Origin: Patescibacteria group bacterium
GTDB taxonomy: Bacteria > Patescibacteriota > Minisyncoccia > Phycocordibacterales > Phycocordibacteraceae
NCBI GenBank assembly: GCA_019744845.1
Contig: JAIETW010000001.1
Coordinates: forward strand, 418,859 to 482,858
Direction of reading: 5' to 3'
Length of the DNA: 64,000 bases
Below, one piece after another: positions 37,236-47,236 of this stretch. A program made the position numbers and the translations under genes. The notes below the pieces were generated by a model. It saw only the letters and a program-made list of their open reading frames with translations. It was not told the DNA's origin and did no database searches. Positions within the stretch are counted from its first letter, which is position 1. Each line of letters begins with the position of its first letter.

Positions 37236-37898
37236 TTAGTTTCCTGTCTCTTCCGTAGGCTCGTCGTTTCCATAGCCTGCGTTAGGCAAGGCACGAACGG
37301 CTTCAATGAGGGCGGTGTGTGCCGCGCGGATCGCCTCCTTTGCGGCATCTCCAAGTGGCTTCACTGCCTGAAGTGCCTCGCGAGGTGTCTCAGAATCAAG
37401 CGCCTCTTCAAGTCCTTCCTTCACCTCATCTACTGCGGAAGCGGCTTTTGCAATTGCAGCATCTGCTTCGGCGAGCTCAGTCTTTGCCGCCTCCGTGTCT
37501 GCATTGCGCTCTTCAAGGAAGGCAATGCGTGCCTCAATGCGATCAGAAAGTGTTTCAAGGCGTGCAATCATGGCGTCCAAGAGTCGTGCGACATGCTCGG
37601 TGCGCATAAGCACGCGCTCTTTGACGTTTTCCGTAAGCTCCGCGCGGCGAAGAGCGGTGGTTGAAGCAAACTGCGCACGGCGTTCGGCGATAGCTTCTTT
37701 CACCTCTGCGCGGTGTTCCCCAACCTTCTCTTTTACTTCCGCACGATGTTCTTCTCTCTGTCCGGCATTCTCAGAGAAGAAGAGGGTAGGACGAGCGTGG
37801 TCATCACCCGGACGCTCTCCCTCTCCATGCTCGGCGCTTACTGCAACAGGAACAAGCACAAGTGCCATGACCACTGCTGCAAGGTATTTCGTGTACAT
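37236..37898 (-). CDS. Secreted coiled-coil protein
   Basis: Signal peptide, EHRAEVKE repeat, Ala/Glu-rich helices. Confidence 0.7.
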   Translation of the reverse strand: MYTKYLAAVVMALVLVPVAVSAEHGEGERPGDDHARPTLFFSENAGQREEHRAEVKEKVGEHRAEVKEAIAERRAQFASTTALRRAELTENVKERVLMRTEHVARLLDAMIARLETLSDRIEARIAFLEERNADTEAAKTELAEADAAIAKAASAVDEVKEGLEEALDSETPREALQAVKPLGDAAKEAIRAAHTALIEAVRALPNAGYGNDEPTEETGN

Positions 37899-37974
37899 AA
37901 ATGAATGTTATTAAACCACTAAAGCGTATACCGACAGTATACCTCTTACAAAAGACGCGGGTTGCGCGTGGGGA

Positions 37975-38163
37975 TTACCGAGCTTCCTCGGTCGGCACGA
38001 TGCTGCGTACCTCGGCCACTCGTTCACCCCATACATACAGGGCGCCAATCACAATCACTGCAACGACAATCACGAGTGTAATCAGGGCTCCAGTGGAAGA
38101 AGGAGGGCGTACCGTCACGGCAGGAGCTCGTGAGAGATTCTGTGACTCAATAAAGTCTGCCAT
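37975..38163 (-). CDS. Small membrane protein
   Basis: Single TM ending GALYVWG; TATACT upstream. Confidence 0.55.
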   Translation of the reverse strand: MADFIESQNLSRAPAVTVRPPSSTGALITLVIVVAVIVIGALYVWGERVAEVRSIVPTEEAR

Positions 38164-38189
38164 ATGCGCCAAGTATACGACGGTGCGTA

Positions 38190-38738
38190 TTAAAGGGAAG
38201 ATGAAGCGAGATAGCGAAGCAAGATAAGGGCACTCCGCTCTTCTTGGATTGTTCCATCAAGACACATCTTCTTCACTGTCTCGCGATCAAACGCTTCTAT
38301 CTGAATATCTTCTCCTTCGCCGAGCTCTTGTGCGGTTTCAGAAAAAGAGTTCACAACGAAATAAAATAGATCCCAGACTACGGTCGTGCCACACACTGAT
38401 TTATGGAAGAAAGAAAGATCCGTGACCTCTATACCAACCTCTTCTCGTGCTTCTCGCTTTGCACCCTCGGCTGCTTCTGCCTGAATATCTTTTCCGCGTT
38501 CAAGTGCGGAAGAATATTCTTCAAGCGTATCAAACACTTTTCCACCGGGGAGACGATAGTCGTAGCCGCCCACTTCGTGTCGCTCTTCGCGAGACAGAAG
38601 AATCGTATCGCCCTTGGGAATAATAAGACGCACGCCGGGAGACCGGCGCGCGCATTCAAACACAAGTTGTTTCCCACCCTGGGTAACGTCAAACTCTACA
38701 ATCTCAAGTATCTTTCCTTTGTACTTGATCCGGTCCAT
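38190..38738 (-). CDS. NUDIX hydrolase
   Basis: LPGGKV…AKREAREEVG Nudix box with insertion; start overlaps ppa stop. Confidence 0.85.
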   Translation of the reverse strand: MDRIKYKGKILEIVEFDVTQGGKQLVFECARRSPGVRLIIPKGDTILLSREERHEVGGYDYRLPGGKVFDTLEEYSSALERGKDIQAEAAEGAKREAREEVGIEVTDLSFFHKSVCGTTVVWDLFYFVVNSFSETAQELGEGEDIQIEAFDRETVKKMCLDGTIQEERSALILLRYLASSSL

Positions 38739-39280
38739 TAGTGAATCTCGTTCTTCTTCTCGTCGTAGAGCGTGCACGCGCGCTCAAAGGCAGCAACGGC
38801 GGCCTCTTTTCCTTCAAAGCCTTCAATCACTACCTGATACTTTCCTTTCTCTCCCTTGAGTTCCTTGTAGGTTTCAAAGAAGTGCTGGATTTCCTTGAGC
38901 GCGTGCTTATTCAAATCCTTAAGATCTTGCACATCTTCCCAACGCTTATCATCCACTGGCACACCAATGACTTTGTAGTCATTGTCTCCACAATCCATCA
39001 TTTTCATAAGTGCAACCGGGCGCACATTTACGAGAATGCCTGAAGGAATAGGGAAGGTGGCAAGCACAATCACATCAAGCGCATCTCCGTCATCCCAGTA
39101 CGTCTGCGGTACAAAGCCGTATTCGCAAGGGTACGCGGCAGACGAGTAGTTGGCACGATCAAGCTTGATCATGCCTGTCTTCTTATCAATCTCGTACTTA
39201 TTGGCAGAGCCCTTCGGAACTTCAATGATCACATTGATGGCATCCTTGGTTCCTGCATCTACATCGTGCCAGAGGTTCAT
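38738..39280 (-). CDS. ppa: Family I inorganic pyrophosphatase
   Basis: EVPKGSANKYE, YGFVPQT, DGDALDV, FFETYK. Confidence 0.95.
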   Translation of the reverse strand: MNLWHDVDAGTKDAINVIIEVPKGSANKYEIDKKTGMIKLDRANYSSAAYPCEYGFVPQTYWDDGDALDVIVLATFPIPSGILVNVRPVALMKMMDCGDNDYKVIGVPVDDKRWEDVQDLKDLNKHALKEIQHFFETYKELKGEKGKYQVVIEGFEGKEAAVAAFERACTLYDEKKNEIH

Positions 39281-39295
39281 ATATAGGTGAGTATA

Positions 39296-40636
39296 TTATG
39301 CTTCGTCGCGAGATTCTTTGGCATCCACAACTGCCTCACCCTCTCCCGTCTCGGAGAGCTCTTCCTCTGCAGGAAGAACGGTGGCAGCTTCTGCCTCTTC
39401 TACCACTACTTCTGCAGGAGATTCGGTCGGTGCAACACCTGCTTCTTCCGCAGGATCTTCCGTCTTCTCGCTAATGTTTACTCCTTCGCCATCGCTCTCT
39501 GCGACGTTCTCGCCTGCGACAGAAACAATATCAATGTTCCAGCCGGTAAGCTTTGCGGCAAGGCGTACATTCTGTCCACCGCGACCAATCGCAAGAGACT
39601 GCTGATCCTCAGAGACGGTCACCGTTGCACGATGATCCTCTTCCTGAAGATCTACTTCAAGGACGGACGCAGGAGAGAGAGCTTCCTTGATGAATGCCTT
39701 CTGATCCTCGTTCCACTCAATAAGATCAATGCGCTCACCACCGAGTTCACTCATAACCGTAGACACGCGTACGCCGCGCTGACCGACGAGAGACCCGACT
39801 GGATCTACATGGGGATCAATAGAGGAGACCGCAATCTTGGTACGAGATCCTGGCTCACGAGCAATGCTCTTGATTTCAATTGCACCATTTGCAAGTTCTG
39901 GTGCCTCAAGCTCAAAGAGTTTCACCAAGAACTTTGGGTGTGAGCGAGAAAGGCGGAGGTACACACCGCGGAATCCTTCGTCCACTGCATGGAGGTAGGC
40001 ACGAATGCGCTCTCCTGGGCGGTAGCGCTCTCCAGGAATCTGTTCCTCGTAGGGAATAAGCCCTGTTGCACGGCCAAGGTCAATGTAGAGGGCGCCACGT
40101 TCCACGCGCTGCACGATACCGGAGACGATCTCTCCCTTCTTGTGACCGAACTCATCAAGGATAGAAAGCTTCTCTGCTTCGCGAATCTTCTGGATCACCA
40201 CCTGCTTTGCAGTCTGCGCAGCAATACGACCGAAGTCGTCCTGTGGTTCAAGAGGGAAGATGAGCTCTTCACCAAGTTCCACGCCCTTCTTCACGAGGCG
40301 CGCATTCGCAATAAGGATGTGCTTCTCCTCGTCGTAGCGAGGGAGTTCACCTTCCTCAAGCTGCTCGTTTTCAAAACGACCGTGCTCTACCACCTCCTCT
40401 TCTCCTTCCTGAGGGAAGCGGACGAGCGTATCGTCTACGACTACCTTTACCTGTTCAAAAGACACCGTGCCGGTGTTCATATCAAGCTTGGCGCGCACCA
40501 CCTGGCCACGCTTTCCGTACTCCTTCTTATACGCAGTTGCCATTGCAGCCTCAATGGCCTCAATCATGGTTTCCTTGCTGATGCCGCGCGTCTCAAATTC
40601 TGAGAGGACGACTTGTATTGTTTTTAGATCCAACAT
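39296..40636 (-). CDS. nusA: Transcription factor NusA
   Basis: FGRIAAQTAKQV, S1 and KH domains, AREPGSRTK, AIGRGGQNVRLAAKLTGW. Confidence 0.96.
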   Translation of the reverse strand: MLDLKTIQVVLSEFETRGISKETMIEAIEAAMATAYKKEYGKRGQVVRAKLDMNTGTVSFEQVKVVVDDTLVRFPQEGEEEVVEHGRFENEQLEEGELPRYDEEKHILIANARLVKKGVELGEELIFPLEPQDDFGRIAAQTAKQVVIQKIREAEKLSILDEFGHKKGEIVSGIVQRVERGALYIDLGRATGLIPYEEQIPGERYRPGERIRAYLHAVDEGFRGVYLRLSRSHPKFLVKLFELEAPELANGAIEIKSIAREPGSRTKIAVSSIDPHVDPVGSLVGQRGVRVSTVMSELGGERIDLIEWNEDQKAFIKEALSPASVLEVDLQEEDHRATVTVSEDQQSLAIGRGGQNVRLAAKLTGWNIDIVSVAGENVAESDGEGVNISEKTEDPAEEAGVAPTESPAEVVVEEAEAATVLPAEEELSETGEGEAVVDAKESRDEA

Positions 40637-40797
40637 ACCGTTCGCTATTTAATTGTCGCCCGACTTGTCTAAAAAGAAATGCCCGCAGAGCGGACATTCA
40701 CTTACGGGGACTGTACCACGAGGAGAGGAATTGGCAAGCTTTTCCCCCTAAAATCAAGTAAATATCACGCATCGTCGCGTTATACTCCTATATAGGT

Positions 40798-42543
40798 ATG
40801 AAGGTATCTGAAAAAGAACTGAAAGAGTTCATCTTGGACTCGGGACTGGTGTCTCGTAAGGACGTGGAGTCTGCCGAAACGGAGGGGAAGGAGCGCACGC
40901 AATCCCTCGGCGATATCCTCGTATCTCGCGGCTCCCTCTCTCCAGATGCACTCCGCCGCATCAAGGCCTACGTGCTTGGCATTCCGTTTGTGAATCTTAA
41001 GGATCGGAAGATCCCTGTAGATATCCTTTCTCTTATCCCGGAGCCGATTGCCCGTACACACAGCATCATTGCGTTTGATAAGAACGACGGAGAACTCCAG
41101 GTGGCCATGCTTGATACGGAAGATCTCCCGGCTATTGATTCGGTGCGCAAGAAAACAGGGCTCAAGATTCTTCCTCGTCTTACTGATGACGACTCAGTAA
41201 AGAACGCACTTCTTCAGTATCAGAAGTCTCTCAAAGAAGAGTTCGGGGACCTTATTGCCACTGAGGCAGGGAAGATCAAACTGGTAAAGGAAGCGGAGGG
41301 GCAGGAACACACGGGAGAAGATTTGAAAAAGATGGCAGAGGATCTGCCGATCGTGCGCATTGTGGACACCCTTCTTCGTCACGCCATCGTGCAGAAGGCA
41401 TCTGACATTCACATAGAGCCGATGGAGCTTGAGGTGCTTGTACGCTACCGCATTGACGGCATCTTGCATGACGCGATGACACTACCAAAAGCCGCAGGTC
41501 CTGGCATCGTTGCGCGTATTAAAGTGCTTGCGAACTTGAAGCTAGATGAAAAACGTTTGCCACAGGACGGTCGTTTCAAAATGGAAACAGAAACCGACAA
41601 GGTGTCGTTCCGCGTATCTCTTCTTCCAACGTACTTCGGAGAGAAGGTGGTGATGCGTCTTCTTCGCGAAACGGGAAGTGGGGAAGGGTTCACGCTTGAG
41701 ACCCTTGGCTTCCACGGCGAAGGACTTGAGAACATTCACAAAGCAACACGCGCCACGACCGGCATCATTCTCGTCTCTGGTCCGACCGGTTCCGGAAAGA
41801 CTACAACGCTGTATACGATTCTGGATATTCTAAACACACCAGACGTAAACATTTCTACGATTGAAGACCCGATTGAGTATCAGATGCCACGTGTGAATCA
41901 GACCCAGGTGAACCCGGCAATTGGATTTTCATTTGCGAACGGGCTCCGTGCCCTGCTTCGTCAGGACCCGAACATTATTATGGTGGGAGAGATCCGCGAT
42001 GGAGAGACGGCCGCGCTTGCAATTAACGCCGCACTTACCGGACACATCGTGCTTTCCACTATCCACACTAACTCCGCCACTGGTGCGATTCCTCGTTTGA
42101 TAGATATGGGTGTGGAGCCGTTCCTTCTTGTCTCTACGCTTCGTGTGGTCGTGGGGCAGCGCCTCGTCCGCCAGCTTACGGATGCCAAAGAACAGTACGC
42201 ACTTAATAAGGAGGAGCGTGCAAAGGTGACGAGTGAAGACCATTTTGATGCCGCACTCGCGGCCCTTCAGGAAGAAAAGCTGGTAAAGAGCGGCATGAAG
42301 CTTGATACGCTTCCGTTCTATCGTCCGAAGGAAGGCGCCGGATATTCAGGCCGTATGGGCATCCACGAGACTCTTACGGTCTCTTCCGCCATCCGCGATC
42401 TCATCATGCATAACGGCACGGGGGATGAGATTGAGGCACAGGCACGCAAAGAGGGAATGCTCACCATGCTTGAGGATGGTATTTATAAGAGTGCACGTGG
42501 CATTACTTCTCTTGAAGAAGTGCTCCGCGCGGTCTCCGAATAA
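40798..42543 (+). CDS. pilB: GspE/PilB pilus assembly ATPase
   Basis: ASDIHIEP, RLPQDGR, GPTGSGKTTT, TIEDPIEY, LRQDPNIIMVGEIRD. Confidence 0.93.
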   Translation: MKVSEKELKEFILDSGLVSRKDVESAETEGKERTQSLGDILVSRGSLSPDALRRIKAYVLGIPFVNLKDRKIPVDILSLIPEPIARTHSIIAFDKNDGELQVAMLDTEDLPAIDSVRKKTGLKILPRLTDDDSVKNALLQYQKSLKEEFGDLIATEAGKIKLVKEAEGQEHTGEDLKKMAEDLPIVRIVDTLLRHAIVQKASDIHIEPMELEVLVRYRIDGILHDAMTLPKAAGPGIVARIKVLANLKLDEKRLPQDGRFKMETETDKVSFRVSLLPTYFGEKVVMRLLRETGSGEGFTLETLGFHGEGLENIHKATRATTGIILVSGPTGSGKTTTLYTILDILNTPDVNISTIEDPIEYQMPRVNQTQVNPAIGFSFANGLRALLRQDPNIIMVGEIRDGETAALAINAALTGHIVLSTIHTNSATGAIPRLIDMGVEPFLLVSTLRVVVGQRLVRQLTDAKEQYALNKEERAKVTSEDHFDAALAALQEEKLVKSGMKLDTLPFYRPKEGAGYSGRMGIHETLTVSSAIRDLIMHNGTGDEIEAQARKEGMLTMLEDGIYKSARGITSLEEVLRAVSE

Positions 42544-42546
42544 TCT

Positions 42547-43758
42547 ATGAAATTCCGCGTCACCATAAAAAAAGAAGACGGGAGTGAAGAGAAGCGTGCA
42601 ATGGAAGCAGCGTCACGCTTTGCCCTCTACGAAGTCGTGGAGAAAGAAGGCGCGCACGTCATTGCGGTAGAGGAGGGGAGTGGATTTGCGATGCCGAAGT
42701 GGGCAAACGTACAGCTCTCAAGCGGTATCAATACAGAAGAGAAAATCATTTTCACCAAGAACCTTGCCGCCATGCTTGCGGCCGGTCTTACGCTGTCTCG
42801 TACGCTCTCGGTTATTAATCGTCAGTCAGCAAACAAATACTTCAAAACCATCGTTGAAGAACTTGAATCCCAGGTGAAGCAGGGAACCTCATTCCACGAT
42901 GCGCTTGCAATGCATCCTAAGATTTTCTCCAAGCTCTTTATCGCAATGACCAAAGCAGGAGAGGAGTCGGGAACACTCGCCGAAGCACTTCGTGTGGTGG
43001 CGCGCCAGATGGAACGCTCCTTTAATCTTGAGAAGAAAGTAAAAGGAGCGATGATCTATCCCTCTATTATTCTTATGGCCGTCATCATCATCGGTGTGCT
43101 CATGATGATCTACGTGGTACCAACGCTTTCAGCGACCTTTGCGTCTCTTGGCGTGGAACTTCCTGCCGCAACCAAGGCGATCATCTCTACCTCTGACTTC
43201 ATGGCAAGCAATGCCATCCTGACTCTTGGTCTTGTCGCAGTGTTTTTTATCAGCCTCTTCTTCTTTTTCAAAAGTAAACCAGGCGCAGCCTTTCTTCTTG
43301 CAGTGTCTCTCCGAGTCCCCGTGATTGGAAACTTGGTTCGCGAGACCATGAGTGCCCGCGCCGCACGCGCACTCTCGTCCCTTCTTTCTTCAGGAGTGGA
43401 GATGCTTACCGCAATTAGCATTGCTGAAGAAGTGGTGGGAGAGAACCGCTTTGGCAAAGTGCTTGGAGAGGCAAACGCCAAAGTGAAGGCAGGTGAATCT
43501 CTTTCGGTTGCCTTTGCTGCACACCCAAAGCTCTACCCGATTTTCATCGTAGACATGATTGCGGTTGGGGAGGAGACGGGAAAGGTGGCAGACATGCTCG
43601 GACAGGTGGCTGATTACTACGAAACGGACGTGGAAGATCGTACCAAAGACCTTTCTACCATCATTGAGCCAATGCTCATGCTCATTATTGGTGCGGTGGT
43701 TGGTGTGTTTGCGCTCTCCATGATCTCACCGATCTACTCACTCTCTGACAAGATTTAG
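42547..43758 (+). CDS. pilC: GspF/PilC inner-membrane platform protein
   Basis: AGEESGTL, AMIYP, VGEETGKV, IEPML. Confidence 0.92.
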   Translation: MKFRVTIKKEDGSEEKRAMEAASRFALYEVVEKEGAHVIAVEEGSGFAMPKWANVQLSSGINTEEKIIFTKNLAAMLAAGLTLSRTLSVINRQSANKYFKTIVEELESQVKQGTSFHDALAMHPKIFSKLFIAMTKAGEESGTLAEALRVVARQMERSFNLEKKVKGAMIYPSIILMAVIIIGVLMMIYVVPTLSATFASLGVELPAATKAIISTSDFMASNAILTLGLVAVFFISLFFFFKSKPGAAFLLAVSLRVPVIGNLVRETMSARAARALSSLLSSGVEMLTAISIAEEVVGENRFGKVLGEANAKVKAGESLSVAFAAHPKLYPIFIVDMIAVGEETGKVADMLGQVADYYETDVEDRTKDLSTIIEPMLMLIIGAVVGVFALSMISPIYSLSDKI

Positions 43759-43783
43759 TGCGTTCGTGCGCTATCATAAGCGC

Positions 43784-45247
43784 ATGCGTCCTTTGAGAGG
43801 AATGTCCTTGATTGATGCGCTTATCGGAAGCGCGCTGGTCCTTGTCGTGTTTCTCGCATTCTTCGGCCTCCTTCGTTCTTCTATTTTGGTTTCAGGCATT
43901 GCAAAAGCAAAGGCTGGCGCGACCACCGTCGCCAACTCACAAATAGAATATGTGCGTTCACTGGACTATGATTCCGTCGGAACCGTCGGTGGTATCCCTG
44001 CAGGAGTGGTGCCCCAGTATGCGACCACCACCCTTAACAACATCCAGTACGTGGCACGTACCTTTATAGAGTACGCAGATGATGATGCGGATGGGCTCGC
44101 GGGTGCAGACAGTAACGGCATTACCACCGACTACAAGCATGTGCGCGTGGCGGTCACCTACACTGTACGCGAACAGACTCGTGAAGTATCCGTCGTGACG
44201 AACGTTTCACCACCTTCTATTGAAACGACAACTGGGGGAGGAACACTTCGTATTAATGTGTCGGACGCTACAGGTCTTCCGGTATCAGGTGCGGAGGTGC
44301 GTGTGGTAAACGCGAGCACGACCCCAACGATTGATGTGACTACCTTCTCAAATAGTGGAGGGACAGTGGATCTCGGTGGGGCCCCCGTCTCATCCCAATA
44401 CCAGGTATATGTCACCAAAGACGGATACTCATCTGCACAAACCTATCCATACACCGTTGCGAATACAAACCCCACTCCGGGCTATCTCACCGTCGCCGCA
44501 AGTCAGACCACCACGAGTAGTTTTGCGATAGATCTTTTGGCGGAACTTGCGATTGCAACCTTCTCTCCCATCCAACCAAATACGTTTACTGACACTTTTG
44601 ATGACTCAACCAATGTAGGAAGCACCAACAACACGGTGGTCGCTCTCGGAGAAATTTCGCTCGCGGGTGCGCCTGGCTCCTACGCCGCAAGTGGAAGCGC
44701 AGACTCTGTGTCCATTGCGCCGCCGTACCTCACAGAATGGACGAGTGCGACGATCAGTGTGTCCACGCCCGTTGCCACCAACGCCATATTCTCCATTGAA
44801 TCAGGTGGAGCACTGATTCCAGACGCCGCACTTCCTGGAAACAGCGGCGGTTTCACTGGCACGGTAGATCTCTCTTCTCTTGCGACGACAACGTACCCTG
44901 ACCTTACACTTGTCGCGTCACTCACTTCGGGTGATGTGAATCTGACGCCAGCCGTACTTGAGTGGAGTGTGGGGTACGAAGAAGGCCCTGTTCCTCTGCC
45001 TGATGTGTCGTTTACGCTCACGGGAGGCAAGACTATTGGATCGGCGAGCGATGGATCAGCAGTCTTTAAAACAATTGTTGCGACGACGACTGATGCAACT
45101 GGCGTGCGCACACTCACCCTGGAGTGGGATTCATATGCGATTGAGGTGCCAGGCTACACCATAGATAACGCCACCTTGCTTGAACCACCGTACGAAGTGC
45201 TTCCTGCAGATGTACTAGAGAAGATACTTATACTGTCACCTATATGA
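43784..45247 (+). CDS. Large minor pilin with carboxypeptidase-regulatory-like domain
   Basis: Prepilin-like RG|MSLIDALIG; Thr-rich beta domains. Confidence 0.75.
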   Translation: MRPLRGMSLIDALIGSALVLVVFLAFFGLLRSSILVSGIAKAKAGATTVANSQIEYVRSLDYDSVGTVGGIPAGVVPQYATTTLNNIQYVARTFIEYADDDADGLAGADSNGITTDYKHVRVAVTYTVREQTREVSVVTNVSPPSIETTTGGGTLRINVSDATGLPVSGAEVRVVNASTTPTIDVTTFSNSGGTVDLGGAPVSSQYQVYVTKDGYSSAQTYPYTVANTNPTPGYLTVAASQTTTSSFAIDLLAELAIATFSPIQPNTFTDTFDDSTNVGSTNNTVVALGEISLAGAPGSYAASGSADSVSIAPPYLTEWTSATISVSTPVATNAIFSIESGGALIPDAALPGNSGGFTGTVDLSSLATTTYPDLTLVASLTSGDVNLTPAVLEWSVGYEEGPVPLPDVSFTLTGGKTIGSASDGSAVFKTIVATTTDATGVRTLTLEWDSYAIEVPGYTIDNATLLEPPYEVLPADVLEKILILSPI

Positions 45248-45825
45248 GAGGCTTCACCTTAACCGAGACATTGGTCGTGATCGCCATCGTCAGCACCGCG
45301 GGCCTCGCGCTGACGACCGCACTCGTAGACTTCTATCGGCAGAATGCGTATCTTTTTGAATCTACCAGTGCACTTGAGAACTCACGTCGTGCACTCTCTA
45401 CTTCAGTGGAGAACCTACGCGAAGCGACGTATGGAGAAGATGGGGCATATCCACTTATTGCAGCCGCAACGTCAAGTGTCACGTTCCACGCTGATATAGA
45501 CGCGGATAATTCAGTGGAACGAGTACGCTTCTTTATTTCTAACGGCACCTTTTACAGGACCACCACCAACCCAGGTGGGAATCCTCCCTCCTATACCGGC
45601 CAGACTGCCGCGACGTCTACCGTGATTGCGTACGTGCGAAACGCGACATCCACTCCATTCTTTAGATACTTTGATGCGACAGGAGCAGAGCTCGCGACAC
45701 CAATTGATATTGGATCGGTCACCCAGGTGCTGGTGCGGGTGGATATAGATCTAAACCCAAATCGGGCACCAGAGATATTCACGCTCTCTGGGCGCGCGAC
45801 GCTCCGTAACGTGGTACACCAATAA
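45244..45825 (+). CDS. Type IV minor pilin (PilW/GspJ-like)
   Basis: MRG|FTLTETLVVIAI. Confidence 0.85.
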   Translation: MRGFTLTETLVVIAIVSTAGLALTTALVDFYRQNAYLFESTSALENSRRALSTSVENLREATYGEDGAYPLIAAATSSVTFHADIDADNSVERVRFFISNGTFYRTTTNPGGNPPSYTGQTAATSTVIAYVRNATSTPFFRYFDATGAELATPIDIGSVTQVLVRVDIDLNPNRAPEIFTLSGRATLRNVVHQ

Positions 45826-45826
45826 C

Positions 45827-47236
45827 ATGATGCGCGGCTACCTCATGCTCCTTGCAATCGTGTTCGGCGCTATTTTCTTAACGGTGCTTGGCTCGCTTTC
45901 AAGTTACATCCTCACGACGAACCGCGTGCAGAATTCTGAGCAGACACAGGTACGGGCACTCGGGATCGCAGAAGCAGGTCTTGAATACTACCGTTGGTTT
46001 CTTGCGCACTATCCTGGCGATCTGACGAACGGTACCGGTGCTGCCGGACCATATGTGATTCCGTACAATGATCCCGAAGGAGGAGAGACCGGTACGATCT
46101 CTCTTGATATCGTGGGCAACACCTCCTGTGGAGAAACAACGTCTATAGAGATTCGTTCCACGGGTACCGCGTACGGAAGTCCGTCTGCCTCTCGTACCGT
46201 CTACACACGCTACGCACAACCTTCCGTCGCGCAGTATTCCTATGTATTGAATGACTCCGTATGGGCAGGTAGTGATCGTGTGATTAACGGTCCGTACCAT
46301 AGCAACGGCGGTATTCGCATGGACGGAACGGCAAACTCTTCTGTGACGAGCTCGCGCTCTACATGGAACTGCACGAGTGGGTACGGATGTAGCCCCGCAA
46401 GTTCAAGCGCATCTGGTGTGCTTGGAAATGGCCCTAACCAGGAGCTTTGGAGTTGGCCCGTGCCCCAGGTAGATTTTGCCGGTATTGCCGCAGACTTTGG
46501 ATCGTTGAAAACTCTCGCGCAGTCTGACGGTATTTACTACCCCCGCTACAGCACCACAAACAACCCCAGTGCTGCGGCGTACTGGCACGGCTACCATTTG
46601 ATATTTAATGCAAACGATACCGTCACGGTACGTCGTGTAACCTCCACCACGCAACGTACTGTAACGCCGGTAAACAGTGCAGATGATGACTGGGATCGTG
46701 CGCTGATTAATAACGAAACTAATTACGAAACACGAAACATTCCTGCGGAGTGTGGTCTCATCTTTGTAGAAGACCACGTATGGATTGAGGGCACCATTCC
46801 AAGCAAAGTGACCGTCGTTGCGGCAAACATTGTGAACGCCAACATCGCGCCAAATATTTATTTGAAAAATAACATTGTGTACGAAACGACAGACGGCACA
46901 GACGGCCTCACCGCAATTGCAGAGCACAACGTGCTCATCACTCCTGACTCGCCAAACACGATGACCTTAAACGGTATCTTTATTGCGCAGGGCGGCGCCT
47001 TTGGTCGTAACTACTATGGTGGCTCCTACGATCCTCGGGGCACCCTTACCATCCTTGGTACGACGGTCTCTAACAAACGCACCGGTACGAAGTGGTGTCT
47101 GAACAGCAGCTGTAGCTCGTATGGTGGATACGCTAACCGTATAGACTCGTATGACCGTAAGCTTGCGACCGACCCTCCTGCCTTCACTCCTATCGTGTCC
47201 ACGGACTATGAGTTCGTAGAGTGGAGAGAGGAGTAG
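45827..47236 (+). CDS. PilX/GspK-like pilus tip protein
   Basis: RG|YLMLLAIVF, ALGIAEAGLEY, GPYHSNG, C-terminal WRE. Confidence 0.78.
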   Translation: MMRGYLMLLAIVFGAIFLTVLGSLSSYILTTNRVQNSEQTQVRALGIAEAGLEYYRWFLAHYPGDLTNGTGAAGPYVIPYNDPEGGETGTISLDIVGNTSCGETTSIEIRSTGTAYGSPSASRTVYTRYAQPSVAQYSYVLNDSVWAGSDRVINGPYHSNGGIRMDGTANSSVTSSRSTWNCTSGYGCSPASSSASGVLGNGPNQELWSWPVPQVDFAGIAADFGSLKTLAQSDGIYYPRYSTTNNPSAAAYWHGYHLIFNANDTVTVRRVTSTTQRTVTPVNSADDDWDRALINNETNYETRNIPAECGLIFVEDHVWIEGTIPSKVTVVAANIVNANIAPNIYLKNNIVYETTDGTDGLTAIAEHNVLITPDSPNTMTLNGIFIAQGGAFGRNYYGGSYDPRGTLTILGTTVSNKRTGTKWCLNSSCSSYGGYANRIDSYDRKLATDPPAFTPIVSTDYEFVEWREE

